A DNA stretch of 24,000 nucleotides from Blastocatellia bacterium (GCA_035275065.1 DATENM010000145.1:89851-113850), one strand, 5' to 3'. Positions 1 to 9,894 are shown, counted from the stretch's first letter. The notes: a model not told the origin generated them from the letters alone. Made by a program: numbers and translations.

Positions 1-2
1 GA

Positions 3-1457
3 CTAACTCTTGGTCTCGGGGCCGGCGGGCTTGGCTTCTTCCTTCACCAGGTCGCCGTCCTTCAAGTTGCGTAGCGTCTTGTAGGGACCGATGATGATCC
101 GCTCGCCTTCCTTCGGGCCGGTCTTCAGCTCGATCTCCTGATCGCCCTTGATCCCCGTAGTGACTTCGACAAAGCGCGCCTTGCCGTTGTCGTAGATGAA
201 GACGCCCTCGACCTCTTTCTTCTTTGCGGGCCCGTCGGCGGGCGGCTGCGGTTGCGCTTGCGGCTCGGCGGCTTTGTCCTTCGGCAGCTCGCGCGGCACG
301 ATGGCTTGCAGCGGCACGGTGGTGACGTTTTCAACCATCGCCGTCGTAATCGTCGCGGTTGCAGACATGCCCGGACGCAGCTTGTTGCGAACTTCTTCGT
401 TGGGGCTCAGCTTGATCTTGACGAGGAAATCTTTCGCCTCTTGCGAGTTGGCGTTCGAGGCGATGGTCTGTCCCGACTTGGTGATGGCCGAAGCGCCTTT
501 CTCGATGACTTCGCCGTCGATCTCCTGCTCGCCGAGCGCGTCAACCTTGACCTTGACCTTCTGCCCTAACTGCACGTCGGCGATGTCTGTCTCGTCAACG
601 TGAATTTCGGTGTTGATCTGCGACATATCGGCGACCGTCAGCAGCGGCGTTGTCGAAAAACTCGCCAGGGCGTATTCGCCGACCTTGACCGGCAGGCTCG
701 AAACGACGCCGTCAATCGGCGAAAAGCGCGTCGTCTTCTTCAACTGATCGGCCTGCTGCGCCAGTGTCGCCTGCCCCTGCTTGACGCGCTGCTCTGAGGA
801 GTTCAAAGCCGCCTCGGCGCGGTTGACCGCCAGCTCGGAGTCTTTGACCTGCACCTTGATCTGGTTGATGCGCGCCTGCTGCGCGTTGACCGAGGCGCGC
901 GCCTGGTCGTAGCGCGATTTCACCGACTCGAATTGCGACTTATTGATGACGCCCTTCTCGACCAACTCTTGATTGCGCTTGTACTCGCTTTCGGCATAAC
1001 GGAGGTCGGCTTGCAAGCGTTCAAGCTCGGCCTCGGCAGCGCCGAGACTGGCCTTCGACTGGTTGACGTTGTTGCGCGCCTGGTCGAGAGCGACCTGCTG
1101 GTTCTGCACGTCGGACTGCGTGACGCGGACGCTGGCTTCGCCCGCCGTGACCGCGAAGCTCGATTGCGTCGGGTCAACTTTGACGAGCGGCTGACCCTTC
1201 TTGACGGTCTGTCCCTCGGTGACGTAGATGGCTTCGACGCGGCCCGGCACCTCTGCGGTCAGGTTGTAAATATGTACCGGGCGAATCTCGCCCGACGCCG
1301 TGACCTTCGAGATCAATTGCGTGCGGCGCTCGATCTTGCCGACCTGCACCGGCTCGCCGTCGCGTTTCTTAAAGACTCTCGATAAAGCAATGATGGTAAT
1401 GAGTCCGACGACCACCAGCACAATGATGACGGTCTTTTTCCTACGATTGAGTGCCAT
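3..1457 (-). CDS. HlyD/AcrA-type periplasmic adaptor (membrane fusion protein) of an efflux/export system
   Basis: 484-aa ORF; N-terminal TM segment (TVIIVLVVVGLITIIALSRVF), split lipoyl/biotinyl-like halves (GEIRPVHIYNLTAEVPGRVEAIYVTEGQTVKKGQPLVKVD ... TRFSPIDGVVSSLPVKVGEYA), long coiled-coil between them, C-terminal beta-barrel. GGAGGA upstream of the start. Confidence 0.92.
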   Translation of the reverse strand: MALNRRKKTVIIVLVVVGLITIIALSRVFKKRDGEPVQVGKIERRTQLISKVTASGEIRPVHIYNLTAEVPGRVEAIYVTEGQTVKKGQPLVKVDPTQSSFAVTAGEASVRVTQSDVQNQQVALDQARNNVNQSKASLGAAEAELERLQADLRYAESEYKRNQELVEKGVINKSQFESVKSRYDQARASVNAQQARINQIKVQVKDSELAVNRAEAALNSSEQRVKQGQATLAQQADQLKKTTRFSPIDGVVSSLPVKVGEYALASFSTTPLLTVADMSQINTEIHVDETDIADVQLGQKVKVKVDALGEQEIDGEVIEKGASAITKSGQTIASNANSQEAKDFLVKIKLSPNEEVRNKLRPGMSATATITTAMVENVTTVPLQAIVPRELPKDKAAEPQAQPQPPADGPAKKKEVEGVFIYDNGKARFVEVTTGIKGDQEIELKTGPKEGERIIIGPYKTLRNLKDGDLVKEEAKPAGPETKS

Positions 1458-1709
1458 AAGAAGGGTCTGTCCTCCGAATTGAATTACGATTATCTAACCG
1501 ACTCGTATTACGCCCTTGTTTTGCTTGAGGTTTCAAGAATCTTGTCGCAGTGATACCGACTTAGCGATGATTTTAAGCGCCCGCTTGGCATCGGCCCAAA
1601 GGCAACCGGCTAAAGCCAGATTTTAGCCCTCTATTCACCGCCATGTCAAAAAGCCGGAGCGGCTGGCCTTTGTCATTTTGCTCATTACAAAGAGCGGATC
1701 GCTTGTGCT

Positions 1710-3506
1710 ATGCTTGTTAACCGCTATATGGATGAAGTGACAAGAAATATAGAAAACGCCTGCTCGGTATGTGGGGCGACAGACAATGAGCCGGGGGCGC
1801 ATTTTTGCCAGGTCTGTGGCGCGAAGCTCGGCTCATCTTTGACCGCGCCGATTCCGCCACCGGCACCCGCCGAACCGGGCAAAATCATCGCTTCGCGCTT
1901 TAAGATTCAATTGCTGCTGTGGACGGCGCCAACCTATAACGCCTATTCGGCGACGGCGCTGGACGCTTCCGGCACGAATTACACTATTGTCGAGCGCCGC
2001 CTGACCGATGACGACGCGCTGACCGGGCTGTCGCCTGTGAATGCCGCCGCCGGCAGCGCCGCGGGCCGCACCTCCGGCAGCCTCGAAGAGGCCGGCGCCG
2101 CCTTCGAGCGCTTCGGCCTGTTCAAGCCTTTCGAGCATACGGTCGAAGGCGAAGCCGCTTACCTGGTTTTCGAAGAGATTCACGGCCAGGCCGTCGCCCA
2201 CATCGATCAAGTGGACGAGAAGACGGCGCGCGCTATCGGCGTCCAGCTCTGCACGCTGGCCGAGCAATTCCACCGCAATGGCTGGGTCTTCAACGGCTTC
2301 GAGCCGTACAGCGTCTTCATCGATCAAGCAATGAAGGTGCGGCTGGTCGGATTTGAGCGGGCGCGACAGATGCTGTCGGCAGTCGCCGACGCGCCGATCT
2401 ATCCGAGCCGCGGCTTTACCGCGCCCGAACTGTTTGAAGATGATGCCGTCTACGACGTGCGTTCGGACGTTTACGCCATCGGGGCGCTGCTGCAATTCAT
2501 GCTGACCGGCGAGAGCTTGAGCGGCGAAGAGGCCAGTTGCCTTTACCCTGTGGCGACGGTCTTCCCGAACTTTGAGCGGTTGTTGACGCGGGCGCTCGCG
2601 GATCAGCCGCAGGCGCGCTTTCAGAGCGCCGCAGAGTTCCGCACGGCGCTCAACGACCTGAACCTCCCGGTTGTGCTGCAATCCGGCCACTTCACGGATG
2701 TCGGGCTGGTGCGCGAGCTGAACGAAGACAGCATCCTGGCGCTCAACCTGACGCAGTATTACGAGTCTGTGCAGACGCAGATCGGCATCTATGTCGTCTC
2801 TGACGGCATGGGCGGCGAGGCGGCGGGCGAGGTCGCTTCGCGGGTTTCGGTGCGCGCCGTCGCCGAGTGGATGACCGACAAGCTGATCTCCGCGAGCTTG
2901 CGCTCGACCCACGAAGAGAAGATCGCCGCGCCGACGCAGACCGGCGGCCTGCGCCTGGCCATCGCCGACGGCAACGAGATGGCGACGACCGAAATGTTGC
3001 GGCAGGCGGTGGTCCATGCCAACCGCGAAGTCCTGGCCTACGCGCGCGCCAACCCCGACGAGCGCGGCCTGGGAGCCACCTTGACCGTCGCCATGCTGGT
3101 CGGCGAAGTCCTGAGCATCGCGCACGTCGGCGACAGCCGCTGTTACCTGCTCAACGGCGAAAAATTCGAGCAGCTCACCGAAGACCATTCGCTGGTCCAA
3201 CGCATGGTCAATACCGGCAACCTGACGCGCAGCGAGGCGCGCATTCACCCCTACCGCAATGTCATTTACCGCTCGATAGGCGCCGACGATCAGATCGAAA
3301 TTGATATCATCCGCCGCAAGCTGGTGAGCGGCGACACCCTGCTGCTGTGCAGCGATGGTCTGAACGGCATGCTGGGCGATGATCACATCCGCGACATCCT
3401 CATGGTCAACCCCGACCCGTACGCCGCCGCCAAAGAGCTGGTTGTCGCCGCCAACGCCGCCGGCGGCGAAGACAATACCTCGGTCATCGTCGTGCGCCTA
3501 TCCTAA
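1710..3506 (+). CDS. Zinc-ribbon + degenerate protein-kinase-like domain + PP2C-family Ser/Thr phosphatase fusion
   Basis: 598-aa ORF; CSVCGA...FCQVCGAKL zinc ribbon; kinase-lobe remnants (FHRNGWVFNGFEPYSVFID, GFERAR, FTAPELFE, RSDVYAIGALLQFMLTG); PP2C motifs GLVRELNEDS, VVSDGMGGEAAGE, LGATLTVAML, IAHVGDSRCYLL, LLLCSDGLNGML, GGEDNTSVIVV. The true start may be the ATG at 1728. Confidence 0.9.
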   Translation: MLVNRYMDEVTRNIENACSVCGATDNEPGAHFCQVCGAKLGSSLTAPIPPPAPAEPGKIIASRFKIQLLLWTAPTYNAYSATALDASGTNYTIVERRLTDDDALTGLSPVNAAAGSAAGRTSGSLEEAGAAFERFGLFKPFEHTVEGEAAYLVFEEIHGQAVAHIDQVDEKTARAIGVQLCTLAEQFHRNGWVFNGFEPYSVFIDQAMKVRLVGFERARQMLSAVADAPIYPSRGFTAPELFEDDAVYDVRSDVYAIGALLQFMLTGESLSGEEASCLYPVATVFPNFERLLTRALADQPQARFQSAAEFRTALNDLNLPVVLQSGHFTDVGLVRELNEDSILALNLTQYYESVQTQIGIYVVSDGMGGEAAGEVASRVSVRAVAEWMTDKLISASLRSTHEEKIAAPTQTGGLRLAIADGNEMATTEMLRQAVVHANREVLAYARANPDERGLGATLTVAMLVGEVLSIAHVGDSRCYLLNGEKFEQLTEDHSLVQRMVNTGNLTRSEARIHPYRNVIYRSIGADDQIEIDIIRRKLVSGDTLLLCSDGLNGMLGDDHIRDILMVNPDPYAAAKELVVAANAAGGEDNTSVIVVRLS

Positions 3507-3508
3507 AA

Positions 3509-3597
3509 GGAGTCAGGAGTCAGAAGACAGAATGGAAGAGGAAGTCGGCTCCGCCTCCGGTTTTTATTCTGACTCCTGACTTCTGACTCCTGACTCC
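3509..3597. repeat. Inverted pair of AGTCAGG-type heptamer repeats flanking a short spacer
   Basis: Left arm 3509-3533 ggagtcaggagtcagaagacagaat. Right arm 3566-3597 attctgactcctgacttctgactcctgactcc, whose reverse complement is ggagtcaggagtcagaagtcaggagtcagaat. It starts 3 nt after the PP2C stop codon. Confidence 0.85.
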
Positions 3598-3825
3598 TTG
3601 CTTTGACAAGTTTTGTCAGGCGGCCTTCCAGAATCCGTTACCCTCTCCGGCCTAGAGTTTTCAGCCGGCTTTATTTCCAGGCCGGTTATGCTACCCCAAT
3701 TGGGCCTTGGCGATGGCACGAGCATTGCTCCTTGTCGCGGCGTAGCTTCTTTGAAAAGCGCAACGAGTGAGGTCAAGGGGGCGACGTCGCTCGCTGTTTT
3801 GTAACAGAGGCTACGCAGCAGAATT

Positions 3826-3876
3826 GCAGGCTGTCGTGCCGGGATGACGGGGGCCATGCCGGCCACGACAGCCTGC
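3826..3876. other. Perfect 13-bp inverted repeat in intergenic region (possible RNA structure)
   Basis: gcaggctgtcgtg (3826-3838) pairs with cacgacagcctgc (3864-3876); the loop contains further ccgg/ccgg complementarity. Confidence 0.6.
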
Positions 3877-3891
3877 TTGATTCTGTGACCC

Positions 3892-3910
3892 ACCCTGCGC
3901 CCAGGGTTTT
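3892..3910 (+). terminator. Small candidate intrinsic terminator
   Basis: accctg-cgcc-cagggt stem-loop (6-bp stem, 4-nt loop) followed by ttt. Confidence 0.35.
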
Positions 3911-3947
3911 AGAATTCCCATTCCGCAAACATTAAGGACACGAAGCG

Positions 3948-4229
3948 ATGCCAAGACATCAACACCTCATCGAAGAAGTGGGCGAGCTTGACCGACTGAT
4001 TTCAGTCATTGCGAGCGAAGTTGAATCCGAGCGCGCCGGCGACGGTCACGCCGAAGCCTTGCTGCGCGAGATGGAAGAGGCGCTCACCGAATTGCGCCTG
4101 GCGCGCGGCGTCCGCCTGATGTGGCTGAATGCCCAGGGCGAAGCACTGCCGACCGGAGCCGTACGCCGCAATGCCGGCGGCGCCATCAGCGTCGGCGGTT
4201 GGACGCGGGCTGGCCAGCGGGTCGCCTAA
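3948..4229 (+). CDS. Small hypothetical protein (93 aa)
   Basis: ATG preceded by 'taaggacacgaagcg'; helical, charged N-terminus (HQHLIEEVGELDRLISVIASEVESERAG...EALLREMEEALTELRLARGV); co-directional and directly upstream of the sigma factor gene. Confidence 0.55.
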   Translation: MPRHQHLIEEVGELDRLISVIASEVESERAGDGHAEALLREMEEALTELRLARGVRLMWLNAQGEALPTGAVRRNAGGAISVGGWTRAGQRVA

Positions 4230-4295
4230 ACTCAGTCTTAACGCCGCGCTGCAAAGCCGATCATCAGCCATTCTATCGCGCAGGGGAGATTCATC

Positions 4296-5987
<1,692 letters not shown>

Positions 5988-6015
5988 TCGGCGGATCATT
6001 AAAGCACCGAACCTC

Positions 6016-6067
6016 AAAACGGCTGAATCGAAGCTTGCACCGGCAAGCGATTCGATTCAGCCGTTTT
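6016..6067. terminator. Strong bidirectional intrinsic terminator between convergent genes
   Basis: aaaacggctgaatcgaa (6016-6032) is complementary to ttcgattcagccgtttt (6051-6067); inner stem gcttgc/gcaagc with accg loop; a 2-nt bulge (ga) on the right arm; A-tract and T-tract on opposite sides. Confidence 0.9.
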
Positions 6068-7014
6068 CATTGGGCGCGAAAGCTCAGGTTGCGGGTTGCC
6101 GATAGGAACATCAGGCGGGAATAGCGCTCGAACTGGTCGCGGTTGTCTGTGGTCAGGCTCGACATCGCGACGGGCCGGTAGGTGATGCCTTTGCGTTTCA
6201 CGCCGCGCGCTTCGTTGTGGCTGCGCTCGGGCCAGGCGCGCGCGAGCAAGCGCCGTAGACGGGCGAAATCTTCGTCAACGAGGACTTGCGGCGCTGCTTT
6301 TTCGAGCGCGCGCAGGGCCGCGCGAAAATTAAGCTCGGTGCGAAATGACAGCGGCGCGACCAGCCCCGAATAATCGAAGCCGTCGGCGCGCAAGCGAAAG
6401 CTCTCTTCAAGCGAGCCGCCATAGACATCAAGCACGGCTTCGTCCGAGCGAAACTCTGCCGTCTCTAACACGCTCGCCGATTGCGTGCGCATGCCGCGCA
6501 GTCCTTCCGAATAATCTACGCGGTTCTGGCGCAGCGAGCCGACGACGATCACCCGCAGGGCTGATGCGGGAATGGTCAACACGCCGCCGCTGTGCTGTAC
6601 GACGACTTCATTATTTTTAATCTCAATGTGTCGGGCGCGGATCAATTCGCGCTCGACGGCCAGCTCTTCATCAGCAACGACGAATGCCGCCAGCCCGCAA
6701 TCGCGCACCAGGGCGGCAATCATTTCGGCCTCCTGCCGCGTCAGTGACCGCGCGATGGGCAATCGCTTGTTAGCCGCAACCATCTCGCTGGCCTCGCCGC
6801 TTTCAACCTTGAGCGCGGCGGCGAGCGCGGCGATGGCGGTTTCGCCGGCGGCCAGTCGCGGCGGTTCGAGAATCGTGTTGAAGGCGAGCTCGGCGGCGTC
6901 GAGGTTGCGTTGCGGCGGCGCGCTGGTCAGCTTGCTGATCGGCAGGGTCTCGCCGCAGTAAATGCAAGTGCCGCGCGCTGCCGCCGTGCGCCGCCGGCAA
7001 CGTGGGCAGTTCAT
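6067..7014 (-). CDS. Hypothetical protein with N-terminal zinc ribbon
   Basis: Trimmed from the 521-aa track ORF (6067..7632). The internal ATG at 7014 gives MNCPRCRRRTAAARGTCIYCGETLPISKL..., a double CxxC ribbon. The upstream extension would overlap the divergent gene at 7105 and reads as an antisense shadow. 315 aa. Confidence 0.8.
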   Translation of the reverse strand: MNCPRCRRRTAAARGTCIYCGETLPISKLTSAPPQRNLDAAELAFNTILEPPRLAAGETAIAALAAALKVESGEASEMVAANKRLPIARSLTRQEAEMIAALVRDCGLAAFVVADEELAVERELIRARHIEIKNNEVVVQHSGGVLTIPASALRVIVVGSLRQNRVDYSEGLRGMRTQSASVLETAEFRSDEAVLDVYGGSLEESFRLRADGFDYSGLVAPLSFRTELNFRAALRALEKAAPQVLVDEDFARLRRLLARAWPERSHNEARGVKRKGITYRPVAMSSLTTDNRDQFERYSRLMFLSATRNLSFRAQ

Positions 7015-7104
7015 CACATCTTGATTCAAGGCTTTCTCGCTTTCACTTTTTTGAGTCGGTGGGGCTGCGGCGATTATAGCACAGCCGTGATAAGATGCGC
7101 TTGA

Positions 7105-8883
7105 ATGAATCTGCGCGACTGGCTCACTCGAAAGAACCTGATCATTACCGCCGTCATCCTCGGGGTGCTTGTCGCAACCGCCTGCTACTTCGCTTTGCGC
7201 AGGCCGCAGCCTGTGGAGATGGAGCGTTATGTTGCGGCGTCGTCGCTTGCCTATCTCGAAATCAATAACCTCGCGGATGTCGCCGATGGCTTGACTGGCA
7301 CACGGGCCTGGCGCGAGCTGGGGCCGGCGCTCGGGCTGTCGAGCCAGCTCCGACAGATTGGCTTGATGGCCGACCTCGTCGGGCGCACAGGACTCGGCCC
7401 CGAAGAAGTGGTGCTGGCGGGCCGCGCTCAATTGGCGCTGGCGCTCACCGATGTTGAAGCGCAGACCGGGCAGACTGACGAAGGGCCGTACCTGCACTTC
7501 AAGCCGCGACTGGCGTTGATTATCGAGACCCACGCCCGCCCGGCAACCGCCGCGCGTCTGGTCAACGACCGCGCCATCATCGTCGCGCAAAGAATCTATG
7601 GCATGACGGTGGCCCAGGAAGAAGGGGAGCACCAGGGCACGCGGCTGCTCATCTTTCGCGGCGCGAACCCCGACCGGCCACTGGTGGCGGCGGCGCTCGG
7701 CTCAGTCATCGTGTTGACCAATCACCTTGAAGCCATGAAGGCGACGCTCGACACGATTGCCGGGCGCGCGCCGGCGCTCGCCGAAGACCCAACGCTTGCG
7801 CGGCTCAAGCCCGATATGGCCGCGGGCGCAGCCGTCACTGCCTTTATTACCGAAACCGGCATCAACAAACTGATCGCCTTGTTGCCGCCGCTGGCCGCCA
7901 GTCGCTATGCCGCGGAACCCGAAACCGTCGCCTCCTTCACCGGCCTGCTTGAGCATATGGCCAGTCAGGCGGTTGCCGGCTTGCTCTACAGCGCCGAATT
8001 CAAGGACGGCGGCGTCGTGGATCGCTATCTCACGGCGTTGAAGCCGGGCATCGGCGAAGCCCTGACCGAAGCGCTGAAACCGGCACAGGGAGCCGGTTTC
8101 AAGTCACCGCAATTGATCCCCCGCAGTGCTGAAGAAGTGACGCTGCTGAACATCGAGCGCGCCGGCGAATTGCCTGAGCGCGCCCTGAAACAGCTCGCGC
8201 CCCACGTTGATATTGTCGCCGGCCTCGCCCTGCGCGAGTTCGTCATCAACCTGCGTAAGCAATACGGTATTGAAGGCGGCGAGTCGGTCGGCGATGCCAT
8301 CGGCCATGAAATCACCCTGATCAATCTCGGCGACGGCGGCTCGCAAGCCATGCTTTTGAGCGTCAAGGATAAAGACCGGCTCGCGCCCTTCATCACGCGC
8401 TACCTGACGCGCGGCGATGCGAAGATCACGACTGACAGTGTCGGCGGCACAGAGCTGCGCCTGTCGTCGAATGAAGATGGCCGCGCCGCCGCTTTCATCG
8501 GCAGCTATCTGGTGCTGGCGACCCAACCACAGATCACACAGTTGCTGGAGGCGCAAGGTGCCGGCAGTGTGGTGGCCGCGGATGAAAGACTGCAAACGGC
8601 GATGGCGCTGCGTCCGCCGGGCACTTCAATCGTTTCACTGAAGCCGGCAGACCGGCGGGCCGGCGAGCTGTTGCTCGCCGTTTCAAGGCTGACTCGCGTG
8701 ACCGATGGCTCGCGCGAGCTGTTGGAGCAAGAGCAGGTTCGCAGAGCTTTGGACGGCCTGCCGCCGACCGTCGGCTTTACAGAGTTCCGAGCCTATGGCA
8801 TCTACAACGAAACGCGCTCGGCCATCGGCAACTTCGGCTTGCTGGCATCGCTGGTCGGCGGCGGCGGGGACGCCGAGAAATGA
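7105..8883 (+). CDS. Membrane-anchored DUF3352-like protein of unknown function
   Basis: 592-aa ORF; N-terminal TM (NLIITAVILGVLVATACYFAL), then AASSLAYLEINNLADVADGLTGTRAW; repeated alpha/beta segments such as RPLVAAALGSVIVLTNHLEAMKATLDTIAG. The family assignment is from recall of the general sequence pattern. Confidence 0.75.
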   Translation: MNLRDWLTRKNLIITAVILGVLVATACYFALRRPQPVEMERYVAASSLAYLEINNLADVADGLTGTRAWRELGPALGLSSQLRQIGLMADLVGRTGLGPEEVVLAGRAQLALALTDVEAQTGQTDEGPYLHFKPRLALIIETHARPATAARLVNDRAIIVAQRIYGMTVAQEEGEHQGTRLLIFRGANPDRPLVAAALGSVIVLTNHLEAMKATLDTIAGRAPALAEDPTLARLKPDMAAGAAVTAFITETGINKLIALLPPLAASRYAAEPETVASFTGLLEHMASQAVAGLLYSAEFKDGGVVDRYLTALKPGIGEALTEALKPAQGAGFKSPQLIPRSAEEVTLLNIERAGELPERALKQLAPHVDIVAGLALREFVINLRKQYGIEGGESVGDAIGHEITLINLGDGGSQAMLLSVKDKDRLAPFITRYLTRGDAKITTDSVGGTELRLSSNEDGRAAAFIGSYLVLATQPQITQLLEAQGAGSVVAADERLQTAMALRPPGTSIVSLKPADRRAGELLLAVSRLTRVTDGSRELLEQEQVRRALDGLPPTVGFTEFRAYGIYNETRSAIGNFGLLASLVGGGGDAEK

Positions 8884-8985
8884 GCAGGCGTGATTGCCGC
8901 CGATGCTGCCCGTAGTAGCCACATTGTCGGTTGAGTGGAGGCGAGACTAAGGTTGACGAGACGGAGGGCTTCGATAGGCGAGCGG

Positions 8986-9771
8986 CTATTGCCGGCGGCC
9001 TTCAGCCTTGACGGTCTCGGCGGGGAGGCCCGTGGTGGTTTTGCGGCGGCGGCGGCGCAGGATACGCACCCTGCGGCGCTCGCGCACTTCGATGCGGTCG
9101 CGCACCTTGCCATAGAACTTGGTGAAGTAGTCAACCATTGACCAGAGCGCGAAGAAGACGACGACCCACAACATCGCCCTGCCCGCGCCATAACAGAGGA
9201 CGCGGAAATCATCGAGCGTGATCGCTCGATTACTAATGACCGCGCCCAGCGTGCGCGCCGATTCCGAGAACGAGGCGAAGGCGATTTCGGGCTGCACGTG
9301 TGGCGGCGGTTGCAAGCCGGACGGGCCGCCCGGCACGCTGCCGGAGATCAACAGGGTGATGGCGATCACCTGCGTCAGCATTTTGAACTTGCCCTTCATC
9401 GAGGCGCTGATGGTGAAGCCTTCAGCCGAGGCAATCGAGCGCAATCCGGTGACGGCGAATTCGCGGCCGATGATGATGACGATGGCCCAGGCCGGGGCGA
9501 TGCGGTTTTCGACCAGTGAGATCAGCGCCGCCGAGATCAACAGCTTATCGGCGATGGGGTCGAGCAGGATGCCGAGCGTTGATACCTGGCCGCGCTTGCG
9601 GGCGAGGTAGCCGTCGAGCCAGTCGGTGATCGACGCGCCGACAAACAGCGCCAGCCCGAGGAACTGTTGCGGTACGTCGAACCAGTCGCTGGGGAACTTC
9701 GTCAGCAAGACGACGACCAGCAGCGGGACGATGAAGATTCTGGAGAGCGTGAGCGCGTTCGGCAGATTCAA
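8986..9771 (-). CDS. pgsA: CDP-diacylglycerol--glycerol-3-phosphate 3-phosphatidyltransferase-type enzyme
   Basis: CDP-alcohol phosphatidyltransferase signature DGYLARKRGQVSTLGILLDPIADK; NLPNALTLSRIFIVPLLV N-terminus; several TM segments. The track ORF extends to 9894. The TTG at 9771 (SD-like aggg 9 nt upstream) is preferred because a promoter overlaps the longer start. Confidence 0.85.
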   Translation of the reverse strand: MNLPNALTLSRIFIVPLLVVVLLTKFPSDWFDVPQQFLGLALFVGASITDWLDGYLARKRGQVSTLGILLDPIADKLLISAALISLVENRIAPAWAIVIIIGREFAVTGLRSIASAEGFTISASMKGKFKMLTQVIAITLLISGSVPGGPSGLQPPPHVQPEIAFASFSESARTLGAVISNRAITLDDFRVLCYGAGRAMLWVVVFFALWSMVDYFTKFYGKVRDRIEVRERRRVRILRRRRRKTTTGLPAETVKAEGRRQ

Positions 9772-9864
9772 GCGACTTATCCCTGAGCCGGTTTCGCGGG
9801 CACGAAAACCAACCGTGATTCGATTAAAATTAACGCGAGCAGCACATCTTTTGTTGGCAAGTTG

Positions 9865-9894
9865 ACTATATTGGCGGCCCGCGGTGGTTGTCAA
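9865..9894 (-). promoter_or_regulatory. Candidate sigma-70 promoter for the pgsA-type gene
   Basis: On the minus strand: TTGACA (9889-9894), 18-nt spacer, TATAGT (9865-9870). Confidence 0.6.

Noticed and set aside
1681-1714. Possible promoter TTACAA-N18-TATGCT just upstream of the PP2C gene
   Set aside because: The -35 match is poor and the -10 overlaps the called start; too weak to list as a feature, though it would favour the ATG at 1728.
1833-3386. 517-aa minus-strand ORF opposite the PP2C fusion gene
   Set aside because: Low-complexity His/Arg/Ala/Gln composition typical of an antisense shadow; the plus-strand frame carries clear PP2C motifs.
3509-3597. Possible CRISPR-like array from the repeated GGAGTCAG units
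   Set aside because: Units are contiguous 7-mers in inverted arms without unique spacers and there are no cas genes; a short tandem/inverted repeat is the better reading.
3564-3893. 109-aa minus-strand ORF ending in ESGVRSQESE
   Set aside because: Its C-terminus is just the translated heptamer repeat and it overlaps the structured intergenic region; no support as a gene.
7015-7632. N-terminal 206 aa of the 6067..7632 minus ORF
   Set aside because: Overlaps the divergent gene at 7105 on the opposite strand; the MNCPRC start at 7014 is a natural zinc-ribbon N-terminus.
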